Shown here in pieces: positions 1-14,031 of a stretch of DNA of 64,000 nucleotides. Under the pieces are notes generated by a model. The model made no database searches. It was given only the letters and a program-made list of their open reading frames with translations, and was not told the DNA's origin. Position numbers and translations under genes: made by a program. Position 1 is the stretch's first letter; the number at the start of each line of letters is the position of its first letter. Source of the DNA: Ostrea edulis (lineage: Eukaryota); assembly GCF_947568905.1 (NCBI RefSeq), contig NC_079168.1:15810001-15874000 (forward strand), given 5' to 3'.

Positions 1-93
1 AACACAAATATAAACACAAATATTATAAATGGGTTGGCACAAATTCACAAACCGATATATATATAATTCACTGAGTAAATTCTCTGTTCTTTG

Positions 94-3000
94 TTATCTA
101 CAAATCGCCACTGGCACGGGGGAATGATGGATTACAAAATCACTGACACTGCCAAGAAATGTTCGTCTGATTTTACCCAGCCCACGTGATCCCATAACGA
201 TCAATGTTGCGTTGACCTCACTGGCTTTGGTAATGATGGCGTTTCCAGGATTCCCCTCTAGTCGAATTACTTCCCCTTCCACCTGATGAGAAAAGACAAT
301 TCACCGTCATGTACTTCAAACTTTCTACATTGATTTTATTTTTAAATATCTTGTTGCCTTAACAGTGGAACCCCATCTCATCACAGTATCATAAAAAGAT
401 GAAAATAACGACCAGTGATCAATCTCATAACTCCTGTAAGGAATAAAAATTAAGTGTTGGCAAGCACGGACCCCTGCACACCAAATGCGGGATCAGGTAC
501 CTAGGAGGAATAAGCGGTCACATCCTCCATTAGCCCTATATCTCGATCAGGTAAACGGGGTAATCCGTAGTCAAATCAGGGTGTAAAGAACGGGCTAACA
601 ATTGGTATGAAACATGCCACACAGCATTTGACCCAGTGAAAGGATGTATTGACAAACTAGATTGTTATAACGACCACAACATTTGCGAAATACTGACTTT
701 AATTGTTCAAACCCCTGTAGCATCAACTTGTCAGTAGCCTGTCTCAATTTGAAAAGTGATCATACGCAAAACAAGCTCTTGTGCATAAAAGATATAAGCA
801 CCATAATATGCAGATGATAATGGAATATTACACATAACTAGGAGAAGTTGATGATGGAGAAACTGAATTCATAAAGTTCATTTGTTAGTATGCCGTATAA
901 CATCTATGTTCAATAAAATATTTAAGTACGAAGCAGATGTGGAAGATTGTGATGTGTTTTATTTCGATTTCATTGTGATATATGGAATCGCACATGAATG
1001 AAAATTAGTAATGTTAATAGATAAAACGTCGTCAATATATCTAAATGTCAAGTTGAAGGCCAAAACAAGATATTTGTTCTCCTTCAGAAACTAGTGAATA
1101 AATTCTGCCTTATAAGAATATAAAAACAGGTCAGCTAACAAAGGAGCACAATTCGTGTCCATAGAAATTCAACCAGACTGTTTGAAGATCTGATCATCAA
1201 AGACTACGAAGATATTGTCAATGAGAAACTCCAGAATATTTTTTATATCATCTGGGGACACTGTTCGTTATCTTCACCTTGCATTTGTAACTTTTCCGAT
1301 ATACTCAAAAATAACTTTTATGAACGAATTACATGTACTATGATGCATAGTCCTTTTTGGCTTTTATCAATGCAATTTGTATACCTGGTGGGACATAAGG
1401 AGAGTCTCTATATTGTCCAGTACAGACAAAATCCGCTTCTCATCTTCCGTTATCAATCCCTCGATGACGTCGAATCCAACTTGTGTAATTGATAGAACTA
1501 CAATTAAAGTAACACTGCAAATGTACCGGTATTTCAATGAAAGAATACGAATACAGTGTAAAGGAACTTACCGCCCATGTCAGCTTCAATGTATTCAGCG
1601 CAGTAGGCAGCTATTATATAATTGTTAGTAGTGTGTATTTTCTCCACATATTCTAGATGAAAAATAAATCAAATGAACTAATCAGTGGTAATTAGCACCT
1701 ACGATTAATGATAAATGCCATAAACAGTTAGTTTGATTTTGAATAATTATATATTCCTCGCTATGATTTCTTTCCACACATAAAAAACATGAAAACGTAA
1801 ATTTTCCTAGATGGTGAATACCGGGGTTCTACGAATTATATCATAATACTCGACATATATTTCTTTTTGCTATTGCAGTTGCAAATCGTTATACATTGTA
1901 TTTGTTATTTGGAGGGATACTTGTGGAGATGAGTATTTTTTATACAAGGGAGTACCAATTATACTCGAAATTATTTTGCTTGTTCTATTCTGTGGATCGA
2001 AGAATCAGATTTCGTGGTGCTCAACTTTCCTGTATTTCATGGCTACTCCTATCCCACAAAATTCAAAACACAACGAATAAACAATGTTTGATGTATCTTT
2101 CAATGTATAAAAACTATATAGATCTACAAAATCACATCCCTGCGAAACTGAAAACGCTTGGCACTCCACGACAATTGACTCCCACGAATTTAAATAAGAA
2201 AAAATAACAATGAACAAAAACTGTTAACAAATGTATTCGTTATAACATTTCATATTTCATAATCCATTAATGTTAACGTCCAATAACGTCAATTTCAACA
2301 CACTCGAAAGACACTGGTATTCGAACTTGAATTATCAAAGTTGATAACGCGTGTGACCACCATTTGCACTCACGCATGCTTGACAACGGTGCCTCATTGA
2401 TGCCACTAAAGTGTTCAGAAATGCTTGAGGGATGTTGTTCCAGATGTTGGTTAAAGCCTGGCCTAAATCAGCCAATGTCACTGGCTGATTTGGTAAACGG
2501 CGTGGACGTCGTTCCATTTCATCCCAGACGTGCTCGATCGGCGATAAATTGGGGGAAACAGCTGGCCAAGGCAAGACAGCGACATTCTGTTGAAGAAAAA
2601 AGTCCCTGACTACACGTGCAACATGTGGCTTTGCGTTGTCTTGCTACAGAGTGATGTGATTTTGCTGTCTCTGTATGTAGGATATCACATGGCGCTGAAT
2701 AATTTCGTCTCGATAGCGTACGCCGGTGAGATTTCCATTGACAATTGGTAGAGGGGTCCTTCCACGTGCTGTTATTTCAGCCCACACCATAACGCTACCT
2801 CCACCGAATTGTCGACGTTGCACAACACAAGCGTCCTTGTACCGTTCCCCAACGCGACGATAAACTCTACAACGACCGTCACTGCTATCCAAATGAAATC
2901 TGTATTCACCAGTGAACAGAATATTGGCCCAGTCCTGTATTCTGAATCGCAAATGTCGTCTGTACTACGCTAGTCTAGCGATACGATGACGTTGAAGCAG

Positions 3001-3882
3001 TATTGGGCGCACCGCTGGACGTCTTGGTCTGATGTTGTGCTCGCGCAGACGATTACACACAGTTCTTGGAATGATTGGTCGAAGTCCAAGAATGTTACGA
3101 GCAGTCAAACTTGCTGTCTGGAAACGATTTCTCAGGTGCACAAGTCTAATGTGGTTGTCGACGCGACGTCACACGAGGACGCCCAGAACGTGGTCGATGC
3201 CGAGTGTTACCAGATTGTTGGAAACGTCTCCATAATGACTGGATGGTGTTCCGATGAACTCCAAAGTGTCTTGCTACGATATTTCTGCCATTCCAGCTTG
3301 AAGCATCCCAACAGCACGATTACGTTGGTTTTCGCTGAGTCGTGGCATGACAGAAGGATAAATTTTGTCAAAACTAAAGTGCTTTCCTTAAGGAATGGTG
3401 TCCAAACAAACCTTTTACACTTCTAACTCCAAACAGTATTGGCCAGTAAAACTCGTGCGTACGAACACTTCAATAAACAACATGTATTCACTAACCATGA
3501 ACAAGTCAGTGCATCTGAGTCGTTTACAATCCGATATTGTTCAAAAACATCACCTTTGTCGATTGTTTAGATTTTATAAATATAAACAATGAATATAGAA
3601 AAATTATACTAAATTTTATAATGCAAAGTTTCTTTTTTCCGCTAGTATATATACTCTATCTATATAGTACATTGTTATTACTTTTTCTTTTTGATAAGTC
3701 AATGTTTGATTGAATTGCTTACACTTACAATATGATGAGTTATTACAGGCAAGGAAAATGCAGTGCAAGCTGTCTAGCATCGTAATCAGCTTACCGCTAA
3801 GAAGAACTTATAGCAAGTACTCACGCTTAAAAGCGAATACAGACTCTTTGCTGTCATCCATGGCTATCAGGACGTTCTTCAT
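94..3882 (-). CDS. Universal stress protein A-like (USP copy 1), 4 exons, 146 aa
   Basis: Exons 3882-3825, 1652-1572, 1497-1385, 282-94, all GT-AG, joined in frame (441 nt). MKNVLIAMDDSKES...; C-terminal G-2x-G-9x-GS ATP-binding motif GSRGLGKIRRTFLGSVS. Confidence 0.92.
400..1250 (-). mobile_element. Penelope-like retroelement RT/3' fragment, family A (degenerate, in USP1 intron 3)
   Basis: Same RT and 3' terminal sequence (...ggagttatgagattgatcactg...) as the copies at 6.6, 9.0 and 26 kb. A short inverted terminal piece lies at 1257-1290. Confidence 0.7.
2335..3348 (-). mobile_element. Tc1/mariner (DD34E) transposase remnant in USP1 intron 1
   Basis: MPRLSENQRNRAVGMLQAG N-terminus; WANILFTGEYRF..GGGSVMVWA and WPAVSPNLSPIEHVWD..GGHTRY motifs. 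Broken by stops, frameshift and catalytic D changes. TIRs not confidently seen. Confidence 0.88.
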
Positions 3883-4941
3883 TTTGATTTTGTAACTGAT
3901 GTAACACAGTGTAACACAGTTACGTGTTATCTATTGAAACATCAGAGTACACAACTTGTAGGATACCAGGTAATTACAGCCTATCTACATCTTATCTCAC
4001 GATCAGTGCTCTTTGTTGGTCAATTCCAGATTTAAAATAACTTTATCATTAAAACACACAGACTATTATAGTTAGAACTGATGCAAGTCAGTTAACCTTA
4101 AGTAAATCAATAGCCCAATATTTCAAAGTCCATGGCGCTGAATGTAGGTGAGAAGGGCTAGAAATACGAATTTAACTGTCTGACCAATGTTTTACAAAGG
4201 GACAAATCCAGAATTTTTCAAAAAGGGGGATCCAAGTTTTGTACCTCTTCCACCCAAAAGTACAATAGTAGAACCCATTTGAAAGGTAGACCATATACCA
4301 TATTTGGTAAAATCTTCAATCAAAGGATTGTTTAGATAAAACTCTTATGCTCTAAGTGTGTGTGTGCAATGAAATTCTTACACCATGGATGTTAAGTTAG
4401 TTGTTTAAAATGATGTGTTTTTCCTGATTTCTCTGTTCCAAAATCAGATATAAAGTATACTAGTTTGATAATAATCATCCATGCCAATTGCCTTCGCAGT
4501 TCTTTTGTGAAGTCAATACCAAATCGTTTTATATGGTATTTCCCGTTACGATGGAATATACTGCACTTCATGGTTGAATTTTTGAATTTGTAAAATAAAT
4601 GAGAATGCGAACGTCCTTGTTTTTTGTTTTGTTTTTTGTTTTTGCAATGAAATAAGCAAAACAGTAGATTTACCATATTTAATTCAATTTTAACAAATCT
4701 AACACAACCCAGTACAGCTTGTTGAATTGAAAAAATTGACACCTAATATTAGAATATTCAATTAACGACTTTCATGCAATAAATCACATACTACAATCCA
4801 CAATACTTTGAAATATATTGTACATTGCATGATATAAACAAAACAAATATCCAAAATGTTGCAATATTCATAACAAAAAAGCAATCTGTTTACTATTTTT
4901 GCAGAGGATAGTACATGTAACATGTTCAATTAAAAAGAATG

Positions 4942-6192
4942 TTATACAGAATCGCATCCCATTCTACAAATCATAACTGGTATGTGGGAATGGTGAAGTA
5001 TGAACTCACTGACGCTACCTAAAATAGTTCGCCTTATAGTACCTAAACCACGTGACCCCATCACAATCAGCGACGCACTTATTTCTTCTGCTTTTGATAT
5101 TATTGCGACTTCAGGTTTTCCCTCAAGTCTAATGACTTCACCGATCACCTTGTAAAGATAAAATAATGCACGTACTGTCGATATGATACGAAGAAAAAAC
5201 CTTAAAAAGTAACATATGCTAAATAGTTTCAACAATCTTGCCTTATTCAAAATCTGACAAAACGTGTCAGTTTCTATCGTTGTTTTGAATGTAAAAATAA
5301 CATACACCATACCTGATTTTCTGTTAGGAGAGTCTGCACTTTATCGAGAACAGACGTAATACACGCTTCGTCCTTTTGCATCATGGCTTTTACATCCTCT
5401 GCATCTTTTGCCGTGATTATCAATTCTGTTTAAGTAGCACAATATTTGTCTGTTAATCAATATACATTGTATTTAAATTTAATTTTGTGTGGAATGTGTT
5501 AATGGTAAGTGAATGATCTAGGAACCTTGAACTCTGTTGCAACTAAATTAGTTATGTATACTAATTCATTACACGTTCTTATTTGAGTTTTTTTTATCTG
5601 TGTAAATATATGCATTAAACACACAGTGAATCGTCTTATCGATGCCGAGAAACAATACCGTAACAAGCAACAGAGCAGCCATCTATACGATAGGCACAAC
5701 AATTCAAAAGGAAGGGTGTTGACGAATCTCGTCGATATTTGTCGCACGTGAATATAAGATAGTTTACAATACATGTACATAAAATCACAATGAAATTTTG
5801 TGTGTAAGTACTCTTGATTCGGCTTAAAATTACAAACCTCCCCCAACTGAATGAACTGAATTGTTCACCTTCAGGATCTGTTATACTGTAGTGGACACAA
5901 TAGACAGCTGTCACGTGTTTGTCGTGGTCGTGAATTTTCTCCACGTATTCTAGAAATAAGAAAAAGAAAAGAACATTGGAAGATAAAGAATTTAAAAAAA
6001 TTGCATGAATATGGTTATTCTGATAGTGTTCCCATTTTACACACTATATAATACAGCAAATCTGAAAGTGAAAAATGTTTTGGTTACAATAAAAATTCGA
6101 ATAATCATGAAGAACTCTTTGATCTTGTACTCACGTTTGAGGGCAAATAAAGATTCCTTACTACCATCCATAGCAATCAGAACTTTCTTCAT
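4942..6192 (-). CDS. Universal stress protein A-like (USP copy 2), 4 exons, 152 aa
   Basis: Exons 6192-6135, 5949-5869, 5425-5313, 5148-4942, GT-AG, in frame. MKKVLIAMDGSKES...; GSRGLGTIRRTILGSVSE motif. Confidence 0.93.
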
Positions 6193-6604
6193 TTCTGTTT
6201 AATTCAATTACGACTCACAAAAACGCTGTTTATCTGTTATCTTGTGACACAATTTGTTATGAATGTTATTTAGAACAAATCTTAACTGCAGTGACGCATA
6301 TTGTTTTGTATTCATTATCTGTAGTAATGTATCTCTGTTAACACCTCCAGTTTACGGGGGAGAAAAACAATTTCCGTCCAGAAACAGGGTCATTGATGAT
6401 GGCTGAAATTTTAGAGATCAAGAAATTTACATAGAGCGGTACCTGTTAGTTTAAATTTATTCTGTTATGGATCAGAATTAGCCTCGAAATGCCAGCAAAA
6501 ATCAATAACAACTATTCAAAGATTTAATGATTTATTTATAACTATTCACAGTAAAATATGTCAATAAAATAATACGAAGTTACAGTAATTAAAGTTCATA
6601 AAGC

Positions 6605-7365
6605 AGTGTCCATCCTTTGTTCTACAGCGGGGTTGATAACTCACTTGCTGTGGCCTTCAACTCGACATTTAGATATATCGACGACGTTTTATCTATTAAC
6701 TATATACCGGTACGTCAATTCGCTATATCCCAGTGAAATCGAAAGAAAAGACACCACAGAGTCCTCCACATCTGCTTCGTACTTAGATGTTATATTGAAA
6801 ATGGATATTAACGGCAAACTAACAACTCAACTTTATGACAAACAGTATGACTTCGGCTTCTCCATTGTTAATTTCCCATATTTATGTAGCAATATTCCAT
6901 TATCACCTGCATATGGTTTTTATGTCTCTCAACTGATTCGATACGCAAGAGCTTGTTCTTCGTACGGTCAGTTTTTAAATCATGACAGGCTACTGAAAAA
7001 CAAGTTGATGTTACAGGGGTTTCAACAGTCTTGTTTAAAGTCAGCATTTCGCCAATTCTATGGACGTTATAACGATCTAGTTTGCCAATACAACCTGTCA
7101 TTGGGTCAAATGCTGTCTGACGTGTTTCATACCGATTGTTAGGCCGTTCATGGCACACTGATTTTGACTGCGGATTACTCCGTTTGCCTGATCAGGATAT
7201 AAGACTTACAGCGGATGTGACCTGTCGACAGTGGATGCTTACTCCTCCTAGGCACCTGATCCCACCCCTGGTATATCCAGGAGTCCATCTTTGTCCAACT
7301 CTTTATTTTGTATTCCTTGTAGGAGTTATGAGATTGATCACTGTTCGTTATCTTCACCTTTCTTA
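6605..7365 (+). mobile_element. Penelope-like retroelement, family A, RT C-terminal part plus 3' end
   Basis: Frameshifted (RY)IDDV motif region, then YLDV..KLTTQLYDKQYDFGFSIVNFPYLCSNIPLSPAYG..SQLIRYARAC; conserved tail ending ttatcttcacctt. Confidence 0.8.
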
Positions 7366-7719
7366 TAACACTGTCTAAATCGCCGTTAAGTCTAATCCCC
7401 AGTAAAGTAATATCCAATGTAATTCTACAGAGTGCTGCTTACCACAGAATATTTATTTACAGTATAATTATGATAAAACAAACTTTTAGAAAATTGTATT
7501 TCTAGAAAGGACACGGTGATAGTAAACAGATTTATATGAAACTTCCAGAGGCGTAAAACCAGGTCAAATGTGTCAGTAAACTAAGCAAAGTACGCATGTA
7601 CTTCACAACATATATTTTGAAAGTTTGTTAATATTCAGTAATCAAGTTTACAGTGTCTGGAATGTACCACATGATTCATTAATTTCCTTGTGTAATGGAA
7701 TTAATAATAATAATAATGT

Positions 7720-8290
7720 CCTTTATCTAAACAGGATAGCACAATTAGTTTAAAACTAGTTTACATTGTGGTCCTGAAAACATATATACAGACAGCAGTA
7801 TTATACAGATACAATATAAAATAGTATATGAAGGTATGTTGTATACATACATGTATGCTATTTACATATTTAAAACTGAAAATAAAACAAAATAAATAAA
7901 TAAACAAATAAAACTGAAAATAATCAAAAACAAATCTATATGGTTTTAATTTCCCGAATGAATTTCAAAGATAAGTGGATTTAAAAGTTTCCAATGTTGG
8001 GTAATATTTTAAAAATTCTGGCATATTATTCCATAACTGCGAACCGTAAATTGTAAAAGATCTTCTAAAATATTGTGTCTTTGCTCTCTGGATATATAAT
8101 GAATTACTTTGACTTAATCTGGAAGATCTACTGCTAATTTCATGAACATACTGAAAAACATCTAAATAATCGGGGGTTAGATTATGTAAAACTTTGAAGA
8201 CAAGAATGATAGTTCTATATACAAAATAGTCTGATAGAGGCATCCATCTAAGTTGCTGCATCATTTCTGCATCAATTCGATCTCAATATT
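7720..8290 (-). mobile_element. L2/CR1-type LINE 3' fragment
   Basis: ORF 7965-8264 LRWMPL..VFKVLHNLTPDYL..RRSFTIYGSQLWNNMP is a typical ORF2 C-terminus, followed by a 3' UTR ending in an (att)n tail. Confidence 0.75.
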
Positions 8291-8629
8291 AATTGTCTAA
8301 TTTAACAAATATTTCGGTGTTCTCTAATTAGAGATATCCTTCTATCTCCTGTGTATTTCAGTAACTGACACATGTAATAACTGTGTATCAAGATCAGTGT
8401 CCTTACAGACCCCGGACAATCCATTTAAATAACACCTATGCTGAAAAGACCATGCCTACTTAACCGTACGGGAATTAAAATGAGTCTTCAAAGATTATGA
8501 AAAGGTTATTAAAGCAGTTTCCCCCAAATGCCGTTTAAGCTTTGACTTGGCTGCGGTGTTGTACAGGGGCCAAAAATCATAAATAAATAAAAAACTTTAT
8601 TGAAAAAAACTGAGTAACCGCATTATTTC

Positions 8630-8840
8630 AAACACGGATTTTGACGACGGATAACTCCGTTTACCTGATCAGGATATAGGGCTCACGCTGGGTGTGACCG
8701 GTCGATAGGGGATGCTTTCTCCTCCTAGGCGCCTAGTCCCGCTTCTGGTTTGTCCGGGGGTCCGCGTTTGCCCGGCTATCTATTTTGTATTGCTTGTAGG
8801 AGTTATGAGATTGATCACTGTTCGTTATCTTCACCTTTCA
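8630..8840 (+). mobile_element. Penelope-like family A 3' end
   Basis: actccgtttacctgatcagg...gttatgagattgatcactgttcgttatcttcacctt, matching 7170-7360. Confidence 0.7.
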
Positions 8841-8939
8841 TATACCGGTATGTAAACCATATCAAATATTAACATATATGATCAAATACTTTTTACTTAT
8901 TGATGGTATAATTCCAACAAAGAATACAGAGTTAAGAGT

Positions 8940-9780
8940 ATGGTAGACAGGTGGAATCGGGTGCCCGGGAGGAATAAGAATCCCCAGTCAGTTTGTCACA
9001 CCCACCTTGAGCCCTATATCTTGATCAGATAAACGGAGTAATCTGTAGTGAAAATCGGTATGTAACGAACGGTCTAACAATTGGTATGAAACACGTCAGA
9101 CAGCACTTGACCCAATGACAGATTACATTTGTACATTAGATCGTTATAACGACCATAGAAATTGCGAAATGATAACTTTAAACGAGACTGTACAAACTCA
9201 TATAATATCAACTTACTTGTCAGTAGCTTGCCTCGATATAAAAACGGTATAACGCAGAACATATTCTTGCATATCGAATCAGTTGAGAGACATAAACACC
9301 ATATGCAGGTGACAATGGATTATTGCTATAGTGTAGATAATTGATAAGGGAAGTTGACGATGGAGAAGACGAATTCATCCCGTTTGCCAAAAAGTTGAGT
9401 TGTCAGTTTGTCAGTTTGATATATCTAAATGTCGGGTTGAAGGGCACAGCAAGAGATGTTTTCTTTTTATGTAGAAGCTTTTGAATATATTCTGTCGCAT
9501 AAGAATATAAAAACAGGTCAGCTAAGAAAGGAGAACAACTCGTGCCCATGAGAATTCCAACAGACTGTTGGAAGACCTGATCACCAAAGGCTACGAAGAT
9601 ATTGTCAATGAGGAATTCCAGCATCTTTTTTATATCAACTTCAGAATACTCGTGCGTAAAATGAGAGTGGTGTTGAACAACGTAACTTTGATTTTTTTTT
9701 CATTTTTATTGAAGACGCAACTGTCTATGATGTCAAAAAGTCTAGTGTTTAATTTCCGTGTGGAATGCTCTTGTAAAGTG
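8940..9780 (-). mobile_element. Penelope-like family A RT fragment
   Basis: ORF 9403-9624 MLEFLIDNIFVAFGDQVFQQSVGILMGTSCSPFLADLFLYSY..FRYI, with downstream RT C-terminus and 3' end remnants. Confidence 0.8.
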
Positions 9781-9825
9781 TTGAAAAGTCATACATTTTA
9801 ATGTTGTTGATTTGAGAACAGGTTT

Positions 9826-11622
9826 TTAGGTCACCTGAATTCATTCAGGTGACCTATTGCTATCTGTTTTTGTCCGTCGTCGTTCGTCGTTCGTCGTGCG
9901 TCGTGCGTTAACATTTGAACATTTTTAGCTTCTTCTCTGAAACCCCTGAACCAATTTCAACCAATTTTGGCATATAGCATCTGTGGGTGAAGGGGAACAA
10001 AAAATGTGAAATTCGTGGTCCCTGTCCCCCTGGGGCCTGAGGGGTGGGGCAAAAACCATCAAAATGAGTGTAATTTTAAAAAATCTTCTTCTTTACTCCT
10101 GGACATCAAGAAGCCACACTGTGGGCATAATTATAATGAGCATTGAGCCCTCTACCAAAATTGTGAAATTCATGGCCCCTGGGGCAGAGGTTCTTGTGTT
10201 AGGGTGGGGCTCTATTGGTCATATAGTGAAAATGGCAAAAACCATCAAAATGAGTGTAATTTTAAAAAAATCTTCTTCTTTACTCCTGGACATCAAGAAG
10301 CCACACTGTGGGCATAATTATAATGAGCATTGAGCCCTCTACCAAAATTGTGAAATTCATGGCCCCTGGGGCAGGGGTTCTTGTGTTAGGGTGGGGCTCT
10401 ATTGGTCATATAGTGAAAATGTAGAAATTCTTTGAAAATCTTCTCTGTCTCTGGGTATTAAGTAGACAAACTAATAGCATGGTAATGATGAGCAAGGATG
10501 CCTCTTTATACCCCCCGCAACAAGTTGTGGGGGGGGGGGGTATACTGGAATCGAGTTGTCCGTCTGTCCGTCCGTCCGTCCGTCTGTAGACGCAATGGTT
10601 TCTGGGCTCTAAAGCATTATCCTTTCCACCTACCGTCACCATATCATATATATGGACTACCCATGGGATGAAGATGTTCCCTATCGATTTTGGGGTCAAA
10701 AGGTCAAAGGTCAAGCACACTGGACATCGAAGTAGCAATATGGTTTCCGGGCTCTAAAGTGTTATCCTTTCCACCTACAGTCACCATATCATACATATGG
10801 ACTACCCATAGGATGAAGATGTTCCCTATTGATTTTAGGGTCAAAAGGTCAAAGGTCAAGCGCACTGGACATTGAAGTAGCAATATGGTTTCCGGGCTCT
10901 AAAGCGTTATCCTTTCCACCTACAGTCACCATATCAAACATATGGACTACCCATGGGATGAAGATGTTCCCAATCGATTTTGGGGTCAAAAGGTCAAAGG
11001 TCAAGCGCACTGGACATTGAAGTAGCAATATGGTTTCCGGGCTCTAAAGTGTTATCCTTTCCACCTACAGTCACCATATCATATATATGGACTACTAATG
11101 GGATGAAGATGATCCCTATCGATTTTGGGGTCAAAAGGTCAAAGGTCAAGCGCACTGGACATTGAAGTAGCAATATGGTTTCCGGGCTCTAAAGCGTTAT
11201 CCTTTCCACCTACAGTCACCATATCATATATATGGACTACTAATGGGATGAAGATGATCCCTATCGATTTTGGGGTCAAAAGGTCAAAGGTCACGCGCAC
11301 TGGACATCGAAGTAGCAATATGGTTTCTGGGCTCTAAAGCGTTATCCTTTCCACCTACAGTCACCATATCATACATATGGACTACCCATGGGATGAAGAT
11401 GTTCCCTATCGACTTTGGGGTCAAAAGGTCAAAGGTCATGCGCACTGGACATCGAAGTAGCAACACTCAGAAAAGAGGTAGTTTATACCTATTACCAACA
11501 CCCTTTGGGAGATTGGGGTAAGCGGGGGGTATTCTTAGTGAGCATTGCTCACAGTACCTCTTGTTAAAAATTGTGAAATTCATGGCCCCTGGATCAGGGG
11601 TTCTGGTGCTAGGGTGGGGCTC

Positions 11623-11672
<50 letters not shown>

Positions 11673-12089
11673 GTCCTTGGGTATTAAGTAGACAAACCAA
11701 TAGCATGATTATGATGAGCAAGGATGCCTCTTTCAAAATTGTGAAATTTATGGCCCCTGGGTCAGGGGTTCTGGTATTAGGGTGGGGCCCTATTGATCAT
11801 ATAGTGAAAATGCATTTTATTTCTTTGAAAATCTTCTCCTCTGCTGCTGGGTATTAAGTAGACAAACTAATAGTATGATAATGATGATTAAGGATGCTTC
11901 TTTCAAAACTGAAATTTAATGGCCCCTGTGTCAGGGGTTCTGGTGCAAAGGCGGGGCTGACCACATAGCTATTCAATGTTTCTTCCATCCAAAAGTAAAA
12001 TTCTTATATTTAAACACAAACCTAATTCAAACATTGGAAGGTTGTTACATGATACTCAGGTGACCTATAAGGCCCCTGGGCCTCTTGTT
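9826..12089 (+). mobile_element. Helentron-type non-autonomous element (HINE) with about 167-bp Cg170-like tandem units (outer element)
   Basis: 5' hairpin taggtcacctga..tcaggtgaccta and (cgt)n microsatellite; internal tandem units (ttgtgaaattcatggcccctgg); 3' end caggtgaccta..aggcccctgggcctcttgtt. Confidence 0.8.
10506..11565 (+). mobile_element. Second HINE family nested in the first, about six 145-bp tandem units
   Basis: 5' hairpin ataccccccgcaacaagttgtgggg..gtat and (gtcc)n; 145-bp period (ORF starts 10690/10980/11125/11270); 3' hairpin gtgagcattgctcac..ctcttgtt. Interrupts an outer unit at a T run. Confidence 0.82.
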
Positions 12090-12479
12090 TATTTCAAATT
12101 TACTGAAAGATCTTTAGAATTTTTTAGAGGTTAATAAAAAAGATGAATTCCAGTCAATAGGAAAATTACCATCATCTCTTATTTTGTTGAATAGTTTAAC
12201 TAACGGTAACACAAATGTAAATGATCCATATTTCAGAAATTCATCACATATAATGTACATTGGAGCATTTCTTTCAGATTTCTTTAAATAACCATTACCT
12301 TGACGTAATTGGTGCTTTCATTAATGTATCATTATATGGTTTGTAGGAAGAATCAAAATGGTTTGCTCATATTTAAATAGAAGGTTTTGAAAACATTTCC
12401 ATTGAATTTGGATTATTCGTGCGTGACCTCTCTTTACGAATAAGAAAGTGAAGATTGGTCATTTGTTTATTTTACGTTC

Positions 12480-12690
12480 TGTCGAGAATTTTTCAGCAGC
12501 TGTTGGCGAAGTACCACAAATTTAGATTTATGTTTATCGCTCAGGGTCGTAGGAGTGAGGGTTCTATAACATATCAACTGTCTGCCACGACACAGACCCC
12601 CATTTTTAAACTGAAAGACCCGTGATTCTTACTTCTAAATGCCGGGAGTTTGACGAAAGATACATCGCTACCTACGTCTCAAGTTTGACA
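12480..12690 (-). mobile_element. Degenerate tRNA-SINE (MetaSINE-like)
   Basis: Diverged similarity to the SINE at 50967-51300. Confidence 0.5.
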
Positions 12691-12704
12691 CTGCCAAACC
12701 ACTA

Positions 12705-13050
12705 GCGGGGCGCAAAATAATAGTGATCAAATTCATAAATGCTCTGCCAAATACATGATTAGAGTAGGACAAACACGGACCCCTGGACACACCAGACGTG
12801 CCTAGGAAGAGTGAGAATCCCCTGTCGATCGATCACACCGGCCATAAACCTTGTATCTTCATCAGAGAAACGAAGTAATTTGTAGTGAAAATAGGTATGT
12901 AAAGAACGACCGAATAATTGGTATGAAGCACGTGTCACATAGAATTCAACCTAATGATTGGTTGTATTTGCACATTACATCATTATAACGACCATAGAAT
13001 TTGCTGACTTTTAACGAGGCTGTTGAAACCCCAGGAACATCAACTTTATA
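12705..13050 (-). mobile_element. Penelope-like family A 3' fragment
   Basis: ggacaaacacggacccctggac..cctaggaagagtgag..ataacgaccatagaatttgc, shared with the other family A copies. Confidence 0.65.
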
Positions 13051-14031
13051 TCGTTCTTTTCCAACAACACTCTACTAATTTAGAAACTTTCTCTATGCAA
13101 AGTGAAGATAACGAACAGTCTATCTCTCTCCTTCTCTCTCTTTCGATGCTGTTATATGATTGAAGCAATATCGTTGTTAGCTTAAAATTCTAAATAAGAT
13201 TTTCGGATCTTTACGGTAAAACCCACTCATGGCTATGAAGTATGAACTCAGATTGACAAATCTATTCATAGCTGTTTAGAGTTACTAGTAATTTACCAAA
13301 CTGTTTAGCCTTGATGACAAGGATTTTATGAATAGTTACAATCTGCATTGTGTGGCTCCATACATTCATTTCCAGTGGAAGGTGAGGGAGGTCGGTACAG
13401 TTTGAATTGAAGTGAATCTAACCAATATAAGGATGTGTATGTGTGTACATTGTACCCTTTCGTTCGGATGATTTTCTATATTAGTGTTGTAACCCCGTCA
13501 TGATTAAGTAAATCTGAATCTTGCTTTGGCACTGATTGTTCTTGAGAAGACGACTTTCCGTCTATATATTCATTATACAAAACATTAAACATTTTCGTTC
13601 AAGTGAGCTCAAGTTGAAACATCCCCAAAAGATGACTTTAGTTGCAAGGAAAGCGCCACAGGTTGCCGACCTTCTGCGATATGACATCAACATGAAGCAA
13701 AAGGGCACATTGACCTACCTATGATATTTGTCTTAAACAAAAGCTAAGTACAAAATCAAGTGAGAGATAATTCTATACATAGATGGATTAGAAGTATCCG
13801 CTATATGTGTAAAATCAGAAGATGCAAATGAAACAAGATGGCTCCTATGATTGTTTATGATTTACGCTTCTCGCATAATTCACCATTGCAGTAAAAGAAA
13901 TATATTCACTTCAACACGAAAGACTTGAAAACAGTTCAGTGAAACAATAAACAGGTCGAATCAAAACATGGTCCTTTAATCAACAAAACATACAACACAA
14001 CATTTACTCTTACAAAAACCAATTGTGGCAT

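Noticed and set aside
2100-3660. Terminal inverted repeats for the Tc1 remnant
   Set aside because: I could not match the candidate left and right ends, so only the transposase region is reported.
10690-11521. Series of near-identical 60-83 aa ORFs (MGSKGQRSS...)
   Set aside because: Chance frames through the 145-bp satellite units of a HINE, with no protein-like features.
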